This document shows, one piece after another, positions 35,255 through 46,739 of a stretch of DNA of 64,000 nucleotides. Location of the stretch: the NCBI RefSeq assembly GCF_006345805.1, contig NC_043001.1:51522001-51586000 (forward strand), written 5' to 3'. How positions within the stretch are numbered: position 1 is the stretch's first letter; each line of letters begins with the position of its first letter. The notes under the pieces were generated by a model. That model was not told the DNA's origin, made no database searches, and worked only from the letters and a program-made list of their open reading frames with translations. This stretch comes from Octopus sinensis (Eukaryota). The translations under genes were made by a program, and so were the position numbers.

Positions 35255-36650
35255 TAGGGGTATAAGTGGTTGGTAAACTGTATGGGAGAATTCTGATTGT
35301 AAGGGTGAGGAACCAAACAGAGAATGTACTAAGGGAGGAGCAATACTGTTTTAGGAATGGAAGGGCGTGTGCAGATCAGATATTCGTTGTAAAGCAGATG
35401 TGTGAGAAGGTTTTGGCAAAAGACAGGGATGTATATAGGGCCTTTATGGACCTGGAGAAGACATATGACTGTGTGGACAGAGATGCAATGTGGCAGGTGT
35501 TGCGGTTGTATGGAATATATGGTAAATTGATGAGAGCTGTACAGAGTTTCTATAGAGAAAGTAGGGCGTGCGTTACGGTGAGTGGTGAAGCAAGTGAGCG
35601 GTTTGGTATGAAGGTGTGCTTGAGACAGGGTTGTTTGATGTCTCCGCGGCGTTTTAATTTATATATGGATGGTGTGGTGAAAGAGGTGAATGCTAGAACG
35701 TATAGTATGGGAGTTCAAATGGTGGGGGAAAATGGTGAGAAATGGCAGGTATGTCAGTTGTTGTTGACTGATGATACAGCACTGGTGACGGATTCAGAAG
35801 AGCAACTGAGGAGGCTGGTGGTAGTTTAGAAGCGTGTGAAGGAGGAAACTGAAAGTGAATTAGCTAAGAGTAAGGTGATGAGATGTTCGAGAGATAGAAT
35901 GGCTGGTAGGATGAATGTGAGTATAAATGGTGAGATGTTTTCAAGTATTTGGGATCGCATGTGGCGGCGGATAGGGGGTGATGGCTGAGGAAGTGGGATA
36001 TAGTGAGAGAAGGGAATAAGATACTTGGAGTTGTGAAAGGTATGCTGATAGATAAAAAGTTGAGTATGAAAGCGAAAACAGGTGTGTATGAGGACGTGAT
36101 TGTGTTGACAATGTTATATGGTGCAGAGTCGTGAGGTCTCAGAGAGGCAGAAAGGAGGTGACTACATGTTTGAGATGAAATTTGTGAGGGCTATGGTTGC
36201 TGTGACACGGATGGATGGGATGAGGAATGAGGAAGTGTGAAGATGAGCGGGAATAAGGGAAAATCCATGTACCAGAATGGATAGACGAATGTTGAGGTGG
36301 TTTGGCTACATGGAGAGGATGGATGAGAAGCGGATAGTAAGGAGGGTGATGAAGGCAGAAGGGGTAGGCAGCAGAACCAGAGGCAGACCTCAGTTTGTGT
36401 GGATGGATGGAGTGAGGAAAGCTTTGGCAGTGAAAGGTGTTGGAGTGTGTGAAACGAGAGTTTATAAATGATAGGAAAGCTTGGAGAGAGTTGCTGGACG
36501 GATGAGAGAATTGATGTTGCACAAATGGGTACGGAACCAGCATGATGCGGCAGGAGTAAACCAACATATGCTGTCGGGCCCCACTGCTGATTTTGGGGGT
36601 TGCTTTCTATGGCTTGACCCGAGCATAGGACGAGGTTCACCTCTTTCAGC
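35255..36650 (+). mobile_element. RTE-clade LINE, RT domain and 3' end
   Basis: EEQYCFRNGRACADQIF, AFMDLEKTYDCVDR, LRQGCLMSP and LLTDDTAL, followed by RWFGYMERM and RGRP. Confidence 0.92.
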
Positions 36651-36719
36651 TGGGAAATGAATGGAATGACTGGTGTGTGTCTTGTTGTCGTTAAACACTC
36701 CTATGGGGAATTAGGCCTT

Positions 36720-36777
<58 letters not shown>

Positions 36778-36904
36778 TATGTATGTATGCATATGTATAT
36801 ATATGTATGTATGCATATATATGCCTGTATATGTATGTATATATATGTATATATAAATGTATGAATGTAAGTATGTATATATATGTATGTATATATGTGT
36901 GTAG

Positions 36905-37135
36905 AGTCGTGGTTAGGGTATCAGCATCATGATCGTAAGACTGTGGTTTCGATTCCTGGACCGGGCGACGCGTTGTGTTCTTGCGCAAAACACTTCACGT
37001 TGCTCCAGTTCACTCAGCTGCCAAAAATGAGTAACTCTGCGATGGACTGGCGTCCCGTCCAAGTGGGAAACACATGCGCCATAGAAACCGGGAAACTGGG
37101 CCCATGAACCTGGCTAGGCTTTAAAAAGGGCGCAT
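36905..37135 (+). mobile_element. tRNA-derived SINE with CORE-like domain
   Basis: gtggttagggt..ggtttcgattcctggacc head, then ttgtgttcttgcgcaaaacacttcac..ttgctccagttcactcagctg. Confidence 0.75.
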
Positions 37136-37198
37136 TTATTTTTTATGTATATGTTATATATATATATTATATTATATATATATATATATATTATTTTT

Positions 37199-37235
<37 letters not shown>

Positions 37236-37239
37236 GAAA

Positions 37240-38150
37240 TGAAGAAAATGCTGACAAAATAATTTAAGTAAGGGAGAGTGTATTTAATTAGGTGAAAGTT
37301 CTTTTTACCGGTTGCGCATTTGTTATGCTTATCAAAAGATATTTTTTAAAGAGAGATAGAGTTCCTTTCTGATAGATTTTTTTCTCTTATCTGACTTTAT
37401 GTTGGGTTTGCTGTCTCTTATATGTGAAAAAAGAGGCTCCAGAGTTGTTTAAGATTTGCTTGATTTCGCGCCTAAAATTTCTTGTGGACAATGGTCAATA
37501 CAATTTTGATTGGTCATTATAAAGGGGTCACGTGAATGTTTGAATGGAAGTTGGTGTTGGGGTAAGAAAATAGGCTCCAGAGATGTTAAAATTTGGCTAG
37601 TGTCGCGCCTAAAATTTCTTATTGATCATAATTTTCTGTTGATTGTAGTGTTCCACAACCTAGGAATAGAAGCTATCCAATTCTGGCTGGATAATTACTC
37701 CAACGAACTCCCACACCGCATCAAAAAGGAATTTATTTTAGAAGGACTCAAATTCATCTTAGAGAATGATTTCTTTTGAGAATACTATATGCACCAATTA
37801 TAACTGCATGGTATGTAGGATTAGCCCTGGCATTAACTGTAGAACTAGAAATGTAGTTTACAGCATAAGATGCATAGAAGGTGCTTGTAAAGACATGAAC
37901 ATGACATACATATGGGAAACATCTAGGAGCATTGCGGAACGACTAAATGAACATCTGAGACAATATGACGACAAAAAAAAAAATAGTCCTCCAAACTCTG
38001 CCAATATGCCAAAGACGAACATGGAGGCAACCTGGGTCAACTTGACATCCGCATCTTATCCGAGCACACAAAAAACACAACACTCAGAGAAATACGAGAG
38101 TACGCACTTATAACTGAAACTTCCCCAATACTAAATAGGAAATATACATA
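37240..38150. mobile_element. Rearranged PLE fragments (RT piece fused to GIY-YIG)
   Basis: Plus strand HNLGIEAIQFWLD..FILEGLKFILEND is joined to CRTRNVVYSIRC..Y.(W/G)ETSRS.AERLNEH..PILNRK. A decayed hammerhead lies on the minus strand at 37300-37342. Confidence 0.75.
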
Positions 38151-38214
38151 GTAGATATTATAGCCCCATACCTACAGTTTACACAGGTAGAGTAGAATAG
38201 TTAGTGGGCTGTTA

Positions 38215-38510
38215 TGTAGACAGATGTATGTATGTGTGCGTGGGGTGTATGTATATATGTGTATATGCACATGTATGTAAGCGTATGGATATGAAAATAA
38301 ACAGATCAGCATGCAGACGGGTAGGTACATAGGTTATATGAACAGACAAGCACACATACGCAGATGGAGACTGAAACAAATGACCATACACACACGCACA
38401 CACACACACACACACACATGACCATATATTCACACAAGGACACATATGGAGACACGTGTCCGCACATATGGAGATGCACATCCATACATACGAACACGGT
38501 ACATATTTGC

Positions 38511-38563
<53 letters not shown>

Positions 38564-38759
38564 AGACACGCACACACAAGGAGACAGTGGTGCATACATA
38601 TACAAACATGCACACACACACACACATACATAAAACACACACAAACACCGGACACGCAAACTCATGAATATGCAGAATACATACAGATGCACACACATAC
38701 ATACATATATATGCATACACACACATATATACATGCACACACATACATACATACATACG

Positions 38760-38793
<34 letters not shown>

Positions 38794-38900
38794 CATACAT
38801 ACATACATACATACATACATACATACATACATACATACATGCATGCATAGGTACACACACACACACACACACACATTGACCTACACACATGCGCACAAAC
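38215..38900. repeat. (CA)n/(TACA)n microsatellite complex
   Basis: Directly visible; it generates the spurious HT/CV/MY-rich ORFs. Confidence 0.95.
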
Positions 38901-39084
38901 AAAAAGGAACGTAGTGTAACTAATGGACAGAGTCAAAACTATTGAAAAACTTGCAAGACGCAACGAAAATTTTAGGAAAACAAGAAACAAGAGGAAATTT
39001 TACCGGTGAGTGCGTTAAATTACAAGGCACAAAAAGAAAATGAACCTACCACACACACACACATTTATATATATATGCTATTTG

Positions 39085-39142
<58 letters not shown>

Positions 39143-39334
39143 ATATATACATACATACATATATACATACATACATATATATATAATATATAAATATATG
39201 TATATATATATATGTGCGTGTGTGTGTGTATATATATGTATGTGTGTGTGTGGTGTGTACAACGTTTACTATGGGTATATCGTTAAAACATCATTCGCTT
39301 CAGTGGCAACTACAAAAGAAATAAATACTTGTAT

Positions 39335-39423
39335 AGACTACTACTACTACTACTACTACTACCACTACTACTACCACTACTACTACTACCACTACTACCA
39401 CCACTACTACTACTACTACTACC

Positions 39424-39455
<32 letters not shown>

Positions 39456-39489
39456 CATCACCACCACTACTACTACTACTACTACTACA

Positions 39490-39526
<37 letters not shown>

Positions 39527-39545
39527 TACTACTACTACTACCACC
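39335..39545. repeat. (CTA)n/(CCA)n trinucleotide array
   Basis: Directly visible. Confidence 0.95.
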
Positions 39546-39665
39546 ACTGCTGCTGCTGATTCTGCTATTTGCATTGTTATACTGCTGCTGGTGTTGCTGT
39601 CAACTATGGGAATACTGTGTGTGTATATATGTGCACGTAAACTTATGCATGTATACTATAGATAT

Positions 39666-39701
<36 letters not shown>

Positions 39702-39854
39702 TGTATATGTAAAGGCGTATTATTTATATACAAATGAATGTATGAATGACATTACAATTAGTGAGGCATGATGACAATAGCGACGGGGGAAAAAAGTTCT
39801 GCAAATGGTATGTTTATTATGTTTTGTTGCTATTTTATCTTTTATTTTGTTATG

Positions 39855-40010
39855 TGTCTCAGTAACTGGACTGCGGCCATGCTGGGGCACACCACCTTGC
39901 AGGGTTTAGTCGAACAAATCGATCCCAGTACCTTTTATTTATTTTTTTTAAAGTCTGGTACATATTCTGTCGGATACCTGTTACCGAAATATCTATTATT
40001 TCCATTCATG
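39855..40010 (-). mobile_element. SINE 3' tail
   Basis: gactgcggccatgctggggcacc..tttagtcgaacaaatcgatcccagtac..ggtacatattctgtcgg is the reverse complement of the tail family. Confidence 0.75.
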
Positions 40011-40130
40011 TTTGCCGTTAAAGTAGTTTTGCGCAGCCTCTGGCTGCCTCTGATCGAGCAAATTTTTCATTAAAGTTCACCATTCCATCCGAACATCACA
40101 CATATAATATCTAATATGCTTCATCTAACG

Positions 40131-40383
40131 CAGTGGGGTTCTCAACTGGGGTCCGTATGGTCCTACGGGATACATAACATATTTTGTTGTTAATATTTTG
40201 TGTAATGAGTCGGTTATATTTCTATAATACACAGCATATTTAAACATTTTTTATATAATTCCTAATAATATTTAATCATAAAAATATAATAGGAGCTTTT
40301 AGATATTGAATGGCTTTGGTGGGTTCCCCTATCCCCACCAGAATTAAAGGAGTCCATAGGTAAAAAATGGTCGAGAACCACTG
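40131..40383. mobile_element. hAT-like MITE
   Basis: Termini CAGTGG(GG)TTCTCAAC / GTCGAGAACCACTG; target-site duplication not clear. Confidence 0.65.
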
Positions 40384-40947
40384 ATCTGATTTCTATTTCA
40401 ATAAATTTTGCTTTTACTTTTATAGATCTGACTTCTATTTCTAGCGGGTTAATAACTACGTAGAGGCACTGTGGTTTATTAACGCTGATATTAAGTAGTT
40501 ACTGTTGTTGTTTATTGTTGATATGTATTACTGTTGTTCAACCCCGAAGTCTGAACTCATTGAGAGATTCTATGATCTAAGAAAGCACTCGATTCATGAC
40601 CATCCAGTCCTTTAAGGGTTTGAAGTATTACAGTACACAATGGAGTTAGCCCTCATTAATACGTTACTACTGTCGTTGCTGTAGTTAACAGGACAGTTGT
40701 ATTGATACTTTTACTGCAATAATATATTCTAGTATCATTATTGTTTTACAGTTCTTCTTTATCTAATTCCGGTGCACTTATGTATGTAAGGGAAAACCTT
40801 CAAATAAGACAGACAGACAGATAGACAGACACACAGACACAGACACACGCACACACTTTAATAATCATATCCCTTGATTTGAAGCCTTTTACCAATATAG
40901 ATAGATATGTGTGTGCATTTATGGTCTGTATGTATGTATGTATATAT

Positions 40948-40994
<47 letters not shown>

Positions 40995-41049
40995 ATATAT
41001 ATATATATACTTATATATACATACATATATATACATATATGTATATGTG

Positions 41050-41094
<45 letters not shown>

Positions 41095-41134
41095 CTATTA
41101 TATACTTATATATACATACATTATAACATATATG

Positions 41135-41197
<63 letters not shown>

Positions 41198-41224
41198 CAC
41201 ATAAACACACACACATATATAAGA

Positions 41225-41500
41225 AGGTGTGTGACTGCCTGTCTTAATGTGTGCATTACTAAAACTCGAGAACTACCCACCGATTTCATTCAAATTTGCA
41301 CATGCCCTGATTAGCGTCCATGCAGAGTAATGAGCCAAAACAATTTATTCAGTTTCTTGATTATGCAAGCCCGGAGCAATCTCTCATCTCTTACACTATT
41401 TCAGTGTCACGTGTCAAAAGTGCAACAATAACATCTCAATTGTAATGTGAGATGATACTTTCAGTTTAATACTGTCACTATTAATACTGAAAATATTATC
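41225..41500. mobile_element. Helentron/DINE-like 5' fragment
   Basis: aaaactcgagaactacccaccgatttcattcaaatttgcacatg resembles DINE-type 5' ends. Confidence 0.45.
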
Positions 41501-41534
41501 ACACACGCACACACGCGTATATATATATATTATG

Positions 41535-41567
<33 letters not shown>

Positions 41568-42567
41568 TATATATATTATATATATATATATATAGAAGAT
41601 TTGCACCATAATATCAGACACAAACACCCGACACACACCTCTCTCCAGGAACTTAGAACCCCACACTCACAAATAGAAACTATCCACACCCCTAATAGAC
41701 AGTGCAATCCAACGGGTACTTAAATTAAGTATAGAAGACCTGAGACAAACAAAACCAAAAAAGAAAGAACAATTAAAAACCCTTCCCTACATCTCTACAC
41801 ACACCCACTCAACAATGAGGCCTTCATCACCATAACTACAAGCACAGCCCTACTAAAGGAGACCCAAAGATGAACCGGATCCTCGAAACACACACCATCA
41901 TTAAAAGTAAACGGCAACCAAAATCCTTGAAAAGGATTTTAACCAAGCTACACTGCACTCAACATCAACCACAAAACCAGCAGTTAGAAAATGTGGAAGG
42001 CCCAACTGCGGAATCTGTGTCATCTTGAAAGAAGGATCAAAATTTATACTGGAACAAGGCCACCAGTTCACCATTAGAACAAACTTCACCTGCGCATCAG
42101 AAACTTAATTTACGTAATAACATGCGCAGGCTGCAATAGGCAGTATATAGGCCATACAAAAAATAGCTTACGTAACAGGATGGCGGTGCATAAATCACAA
42201 ATTAGAACCCTGATTACCGCAAAATACCGGTCAGCGGACACATAGATAGATGTGCTGGAAATGTAAATCCGAAATTTAACAACTAACCCGCTCTATAAAT
42301 TCAGTGACAACGCAAACCTTCACACAACGCCAAAATAAAGAACTATATTTCATAAAAAAATTTAGACCAAGTTTAAACAACCCCTGGGCCAGGAATACTA
42401 AACAAAGATAAGTCCTCCGAAAAGGAGAAGCAAAATTCCACCACGGCCGCTACTTCAAACAGACACTCACTCTGACGGAAATATGCCTTAGTAAAAAAGG
42501 GAAAAAAATTATTTCGTGCAAATCTGACCCTGATACATACGATACAGCTAAGGTCAGACCCGATTCT

Positions 42568-43060
42568 GATTGGTCAACAAGTTGATGACGTCTAGCTCTA
42601 CTAGAATGGACAGGATACAAACAGGGGACAGTCATTAGTCAGAATATTGATGACGTCCTTTTCTGCTTGACTAGTCACCTAACAAGTACAGACAGGGGGC
42701 AGATCTAATGTAGCTATAAGTCGTGATTGGGCAGAATCTGGATGACGTCCCGTTCTGCTTGACTAACGAAGCGACTGGTCTAAACAGGAAACAAACAAGA
42801 GGCAGTTATAATGCAGCGATTGGTCAAAATAATGATGACGTCCCGTTCTACTTGACTAACGAAGCGACTGGTCAAAACAGGAAACAAACAAGAGACAGTT
42901 ATAATGCAGCGATTGGTCAAAATAATGATGACGTCCCGTTCTACTTGACTAAAGCCACCTAACGAAACGATCGGTCAAAACGTTGATGACGTCACGCTAC
43001 GCTGGATTGACCACCTAACAGGCATTATAAAACCGAGCACTTCACAAAAACTCACTAGAA
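42568..43060 (+). promoter_or_regulatory. Six ATTGG-N12-TGACGT modules, TATA box and Inr in the PLE pLTR
   Basis: Modules start at ~42568, 42633, 42725, 42818, 42911 and 42969 (93-bp period in the middle). Full TGACGTCA at 42987-42994, TATAAAA at 43026 and TCACT with its A at 43054. Confidence 0.7.
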
Positions 43061-43366
43061 CCAACCCAGCGAACATCCACCATGGTCATCACATTTGCTT
43101 AAGGTAAAAATGAATTCCTCGCTCTTTTTCGGAAACATCAATCTTCTGTATTGACCCGCTTCCACCACCACTTTGATCTGTTTTTTGTATTGGATACGTA
43201 TCGCCACCGTGGGCCACTGCATCGAACACTTTGAACATATACTTCAAACTATATATCAACTATACATGAACTATATATCAACTATACATGAACTCTAAGA
43301 TGTCTGACTCCGTTGTGTATTGTAAATGAATTTCTTGTGTTTGACGGCATGAGCTGTGTTTTTTTT

Positions 43367-43430
43367 TATATATAACTTTTTTTGATAAGGTTCATTTCAG
43401 GAACTGAAACATGTTATAATGTATATATAA
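43367..43430 (+). ncRNA. Candidate minimal hammerhead, U3-A8 variant
   Basis: TTGATAA GGTTC atttcag GAACT GAAA CAT GTT, palindromic stem III ACATGT; identical core at 49233. Confidence 0.5.
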
Positions 43431-43496
43431 AAATTAAAAATTGTATATAATAGAGCAGCATTTTCGAACTTTTTTTCATTTTTTATAAAATATATA

Positions 43497-43538
<42 letters not shown>

Positions 43539-43606
43539 TGTCTATATATAGATATATAAGCATACATGCATATGTATAGATGCATATGTAAAGATGTATA
43601 CATATA

Positions 43607-43706
43607 NNNNNNNNNNNNNNNNNNNNNNNNNNNNNNNNNNNNNNNNNNNNNNNNNNNNNNNNNNNNNNNNNNNNNNNNNNNNNNNNNNNNNNNNNNNNNN
43701 NNNNNN
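43607..43706. other. Assembly gap (100 N)
   Basis: Run of N. Confidence 1.
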
Positions 43707-43858
43707 CGCCCCACACTACCACTGCCCCGCCTTTGTCGCCGGTTTGATGACAATGTCATCACGACGACGGCGAGGTGGCGAAGGGCAATGGATTCGGCCC
43801 GAGTGAGGTTGGCTCGGCGGGGTCTTGGTGCAAAGTTGAAACGGTGGACCAAAGCGTT
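43707..43858 (-). mobile_element. PLE RT N-terminal fragment
   Basis: Minus strand: [21 protein letters not shown](A)DKGGAVVVW, a conserved pre-RT motif of PLEs. Confidence 0.85.
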
Positions 43859-44011
43859 ATATATATATATTTGTATATGTATATATGTAAATCTATATAT
43901 GTATGTATATGCATATATGCATATGCATATAAATATATATAGTGTATATATTCATGCATATATATGTGTGTACATATATATATACGTATATATATATATA
44001 TATGTATATAC

Positions 44012-44057
<46 letters not shown>

Positions 44058-45828
44058 ATAAGTGTGTATATATATAAGTATATATATATATAAATGTATA
44101 TATAGATGTATATATATATATACATATATATATGTATACATATGTATATATCCATGTATATATACATATATATATATATTGATCTATTATAGTTACCAAA
44201 TGGCAATTATGAGCAGCTCGACATGACAAAGGGAGATAATCTCAAGAATCCAGAATTTCTCCAAAATTAACATGTCATTGAAGAGAATGAGAGGCTCATT
44301 GTCTGGATATATGACGGCCTTCCACACAGTTTCTCTACCAGATCCACTCGCAAAGCATTGATCAGCGCGGATCTATAGCAGAAGACTGTCGTGTAAGGTG
44401 TTGAGTTGTAGGAATAAATTGAACTTCTCTAACCATACAATGATTCTTGCTGCCTAGACTAGCACTTTATTTCATTGGCCCTAAAATATGAACGACAAAA
44501 CACTACTCACTGTGATTTGAAGGGAGAGCAATAAGGAACGTAACTAAATAACGAGACGCTTTTTTGTCATACAATAGATTCTGCCATCCGCCATTCCAGT
44601 TTGGGGAAATAACTCCAGAAACTGTCCAATAGATTACTAGTGTGTACGGGACTGAATATTACCACGGATTATATAACCTCCAATACTTGACTGCTTCTCT
44701 TTTAATTCCTCCACAAGAGGATGACCTTCTGAGTTGTTCAACACCAGGACTTAACGATAGAAAAGGAAAGGAAATTATTAATTGGGATAAAACATTTAAT
44801 CCGGCTTTCTACTATTTCAGATATTCCACCTTAAATGAAACACATATCATATGCGTCGGTTTGTCTAGTTAGGGTCAAATATTTGCAGAAATCTTGTACG
44901 TTTTAGCGAGGTTTATTGTTTAACTTGAAACATTTCTTTTCTTTCGTTAGAATCAAATTTAAAATTGAACAGCTTTAATCTAATACGCCGTAATCTCTTC
45001 TAAATTTCTTTAGAGAAATTTTCACTTTTTCCTTCCCAATACTATATATCACATTATTTATATGTATGCAAGAGTTTTATATGCATGAGTGGATGCTTTT
45101 ATTAGTTATTTAATATGTTAAAATGTGTATGTCCGATTCTTTAACCACCATTTCATTTCTATGAAATTGATATGTTCCTCCCCAGTTGCCTCCTTTCAGA
45201 CTGCATGTTCTAAATCTCATTTTTTCTTCGTTCTCTTTGATCTATCATATTCTCTCTCTCTCCCTCTCTTTCTCTCTTTCTCGATATTTGTATCTCATTT
45301 TTATTTCCCTGCCTTTTCTCCCCCCTCTCTCAAATTATTTTGTTTCCCTCAGTGACAGCTAGTTTTTACGAAAGATCTCTTTCTCTCGCTATGTATTTTT
45401 CTCTCGTTCTCAACACGTAGAGAATTTCATACAAATTCGTCAGTGTTTGCGGATGTTTACGTTCACAAGTTATCTAATATGAAAAACAAAAAGAATGTCA
45501 CTAAAACACAACCTTTGCTTGCATATCCATACGTTGTCACGCGATACTTTCATACTCCTACTCACTCGCTTTTATGTAACAACATTTTGTCCATCCAATA
45601 CTTCCATCCTTCAGAGTGACACACACACAACACACACACACACATACATACATACATACATACAACACATACATACATACGTACATACAAACATATCGCC
45701 AATACTTTGCCCTTCTTCAAAATGAAACATCTAGAATGCTCACATATTCAAATAGCTCTTTTGTCTTAATAACGGTCAATCACATAGTAATTTCCCTTTG
45801 TTTAATAATCATTTTTTTCCGATGGCCG

Positions 45829-45889
45829 GATAACTGAAGAGATGGCGGCGTGGATTTCCGCCCCGACATCCGAAACTCGGAGTTTTATC
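45829..45889 (+). ncRNA. Candidate type-I hammerhead ribozyme, canonical core
   Basis: GATAA CTGAAGA GATG-GCGG..CCGC..CATC C GAAA CTCGGAG T T TTATC. Stem I is GATAA/TTATC, stem III is ACTC/GAGT, and the predicted cleavage is GUU after 45884. Confidence 0.7.
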
Positions 45890-45929
45890 GTGGCTACCGA
45901 ATGATTGTCACATATTACATTTACAAGTA

Positions 45930-45960
<31 letters not shown>

Positions 45961-46030
45961 GATATTATATATATATATTATATATATAATTATATATTAT
46001 ATATATATATATATATAGTTATATATAATT

Positions 46031-46075
<45 letters not shown>

Positions 46076-46124
46076 TATATATATTTATATATATATTATA
46101 CAATTATATATATCTATAATATTA

Positions 46125-46620
46125 CCCTCCGTGGCGCTAGTATTGGTATATTCGTGAATAAGTTATTAACCGAAATAAGTGGATCTATTGTTCAAGAAAT
46201 GAGTATTTACTTGTTTATATGTTGTACGCGATATATTGCCAAATTCTCTCTAACAGTTCAAATACTAAGAAATAAGCACACTCAACTTGATTTATACCAA
46301 ATAATTTAGGAACATGAAAGGGTTGTTACCCTTGACTGTTAAAATAAAATATATTAGTTATACATAAGGATCTTTTCAAGGGGTGAATGGGCCATTTCCC
46401 TTGGCCGTAAAAAAAAAATTATTAGATATATATGGGAATCTTTTTTAGAGGTCCAGTTATCGACTTTTTAAACAATCTGAGTAAGCTATAAGGTTTCCCG
46501 ACATGAGGTCTAATAACGTGTCTAGTTTCATCAAAATCGATAAAACGACGTAGGAAGGGTTAGCTAACAACTCCACAAACACACCTACAGACAGAATTTC
46601 CCACATATGTTGTAGGTTAT
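46125..46620. mobile_element. Helentron/DINE-like non-autonomous element
   Basis: Shares its end with 3330-3570. Confidence 0.55.
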
Positions 46621-46624
46621 AGAC

Positions 46625-46696
<72 letters not shown>

Positions 46697-46739
46697 GATT
46701 CTATATATATAATTATAATTTTGATAATAATATTTCCCG

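Larger units (their letters stand above)
41620..43475 (+). mobile_element. Penelope-like element (Neptune-type), 5'-truncated: GIY-YIG plus pseudo-LTR
   Basis: KSKRQPKSLKRIL, Cys linker KCGRPNCGIC, NFTCAS.LIYVITCAGCNRQYIG.T (GIY-YIG) and KELYFIKKFRPSLN; pLTR at ~42560-43475. Confidence 0.88.
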
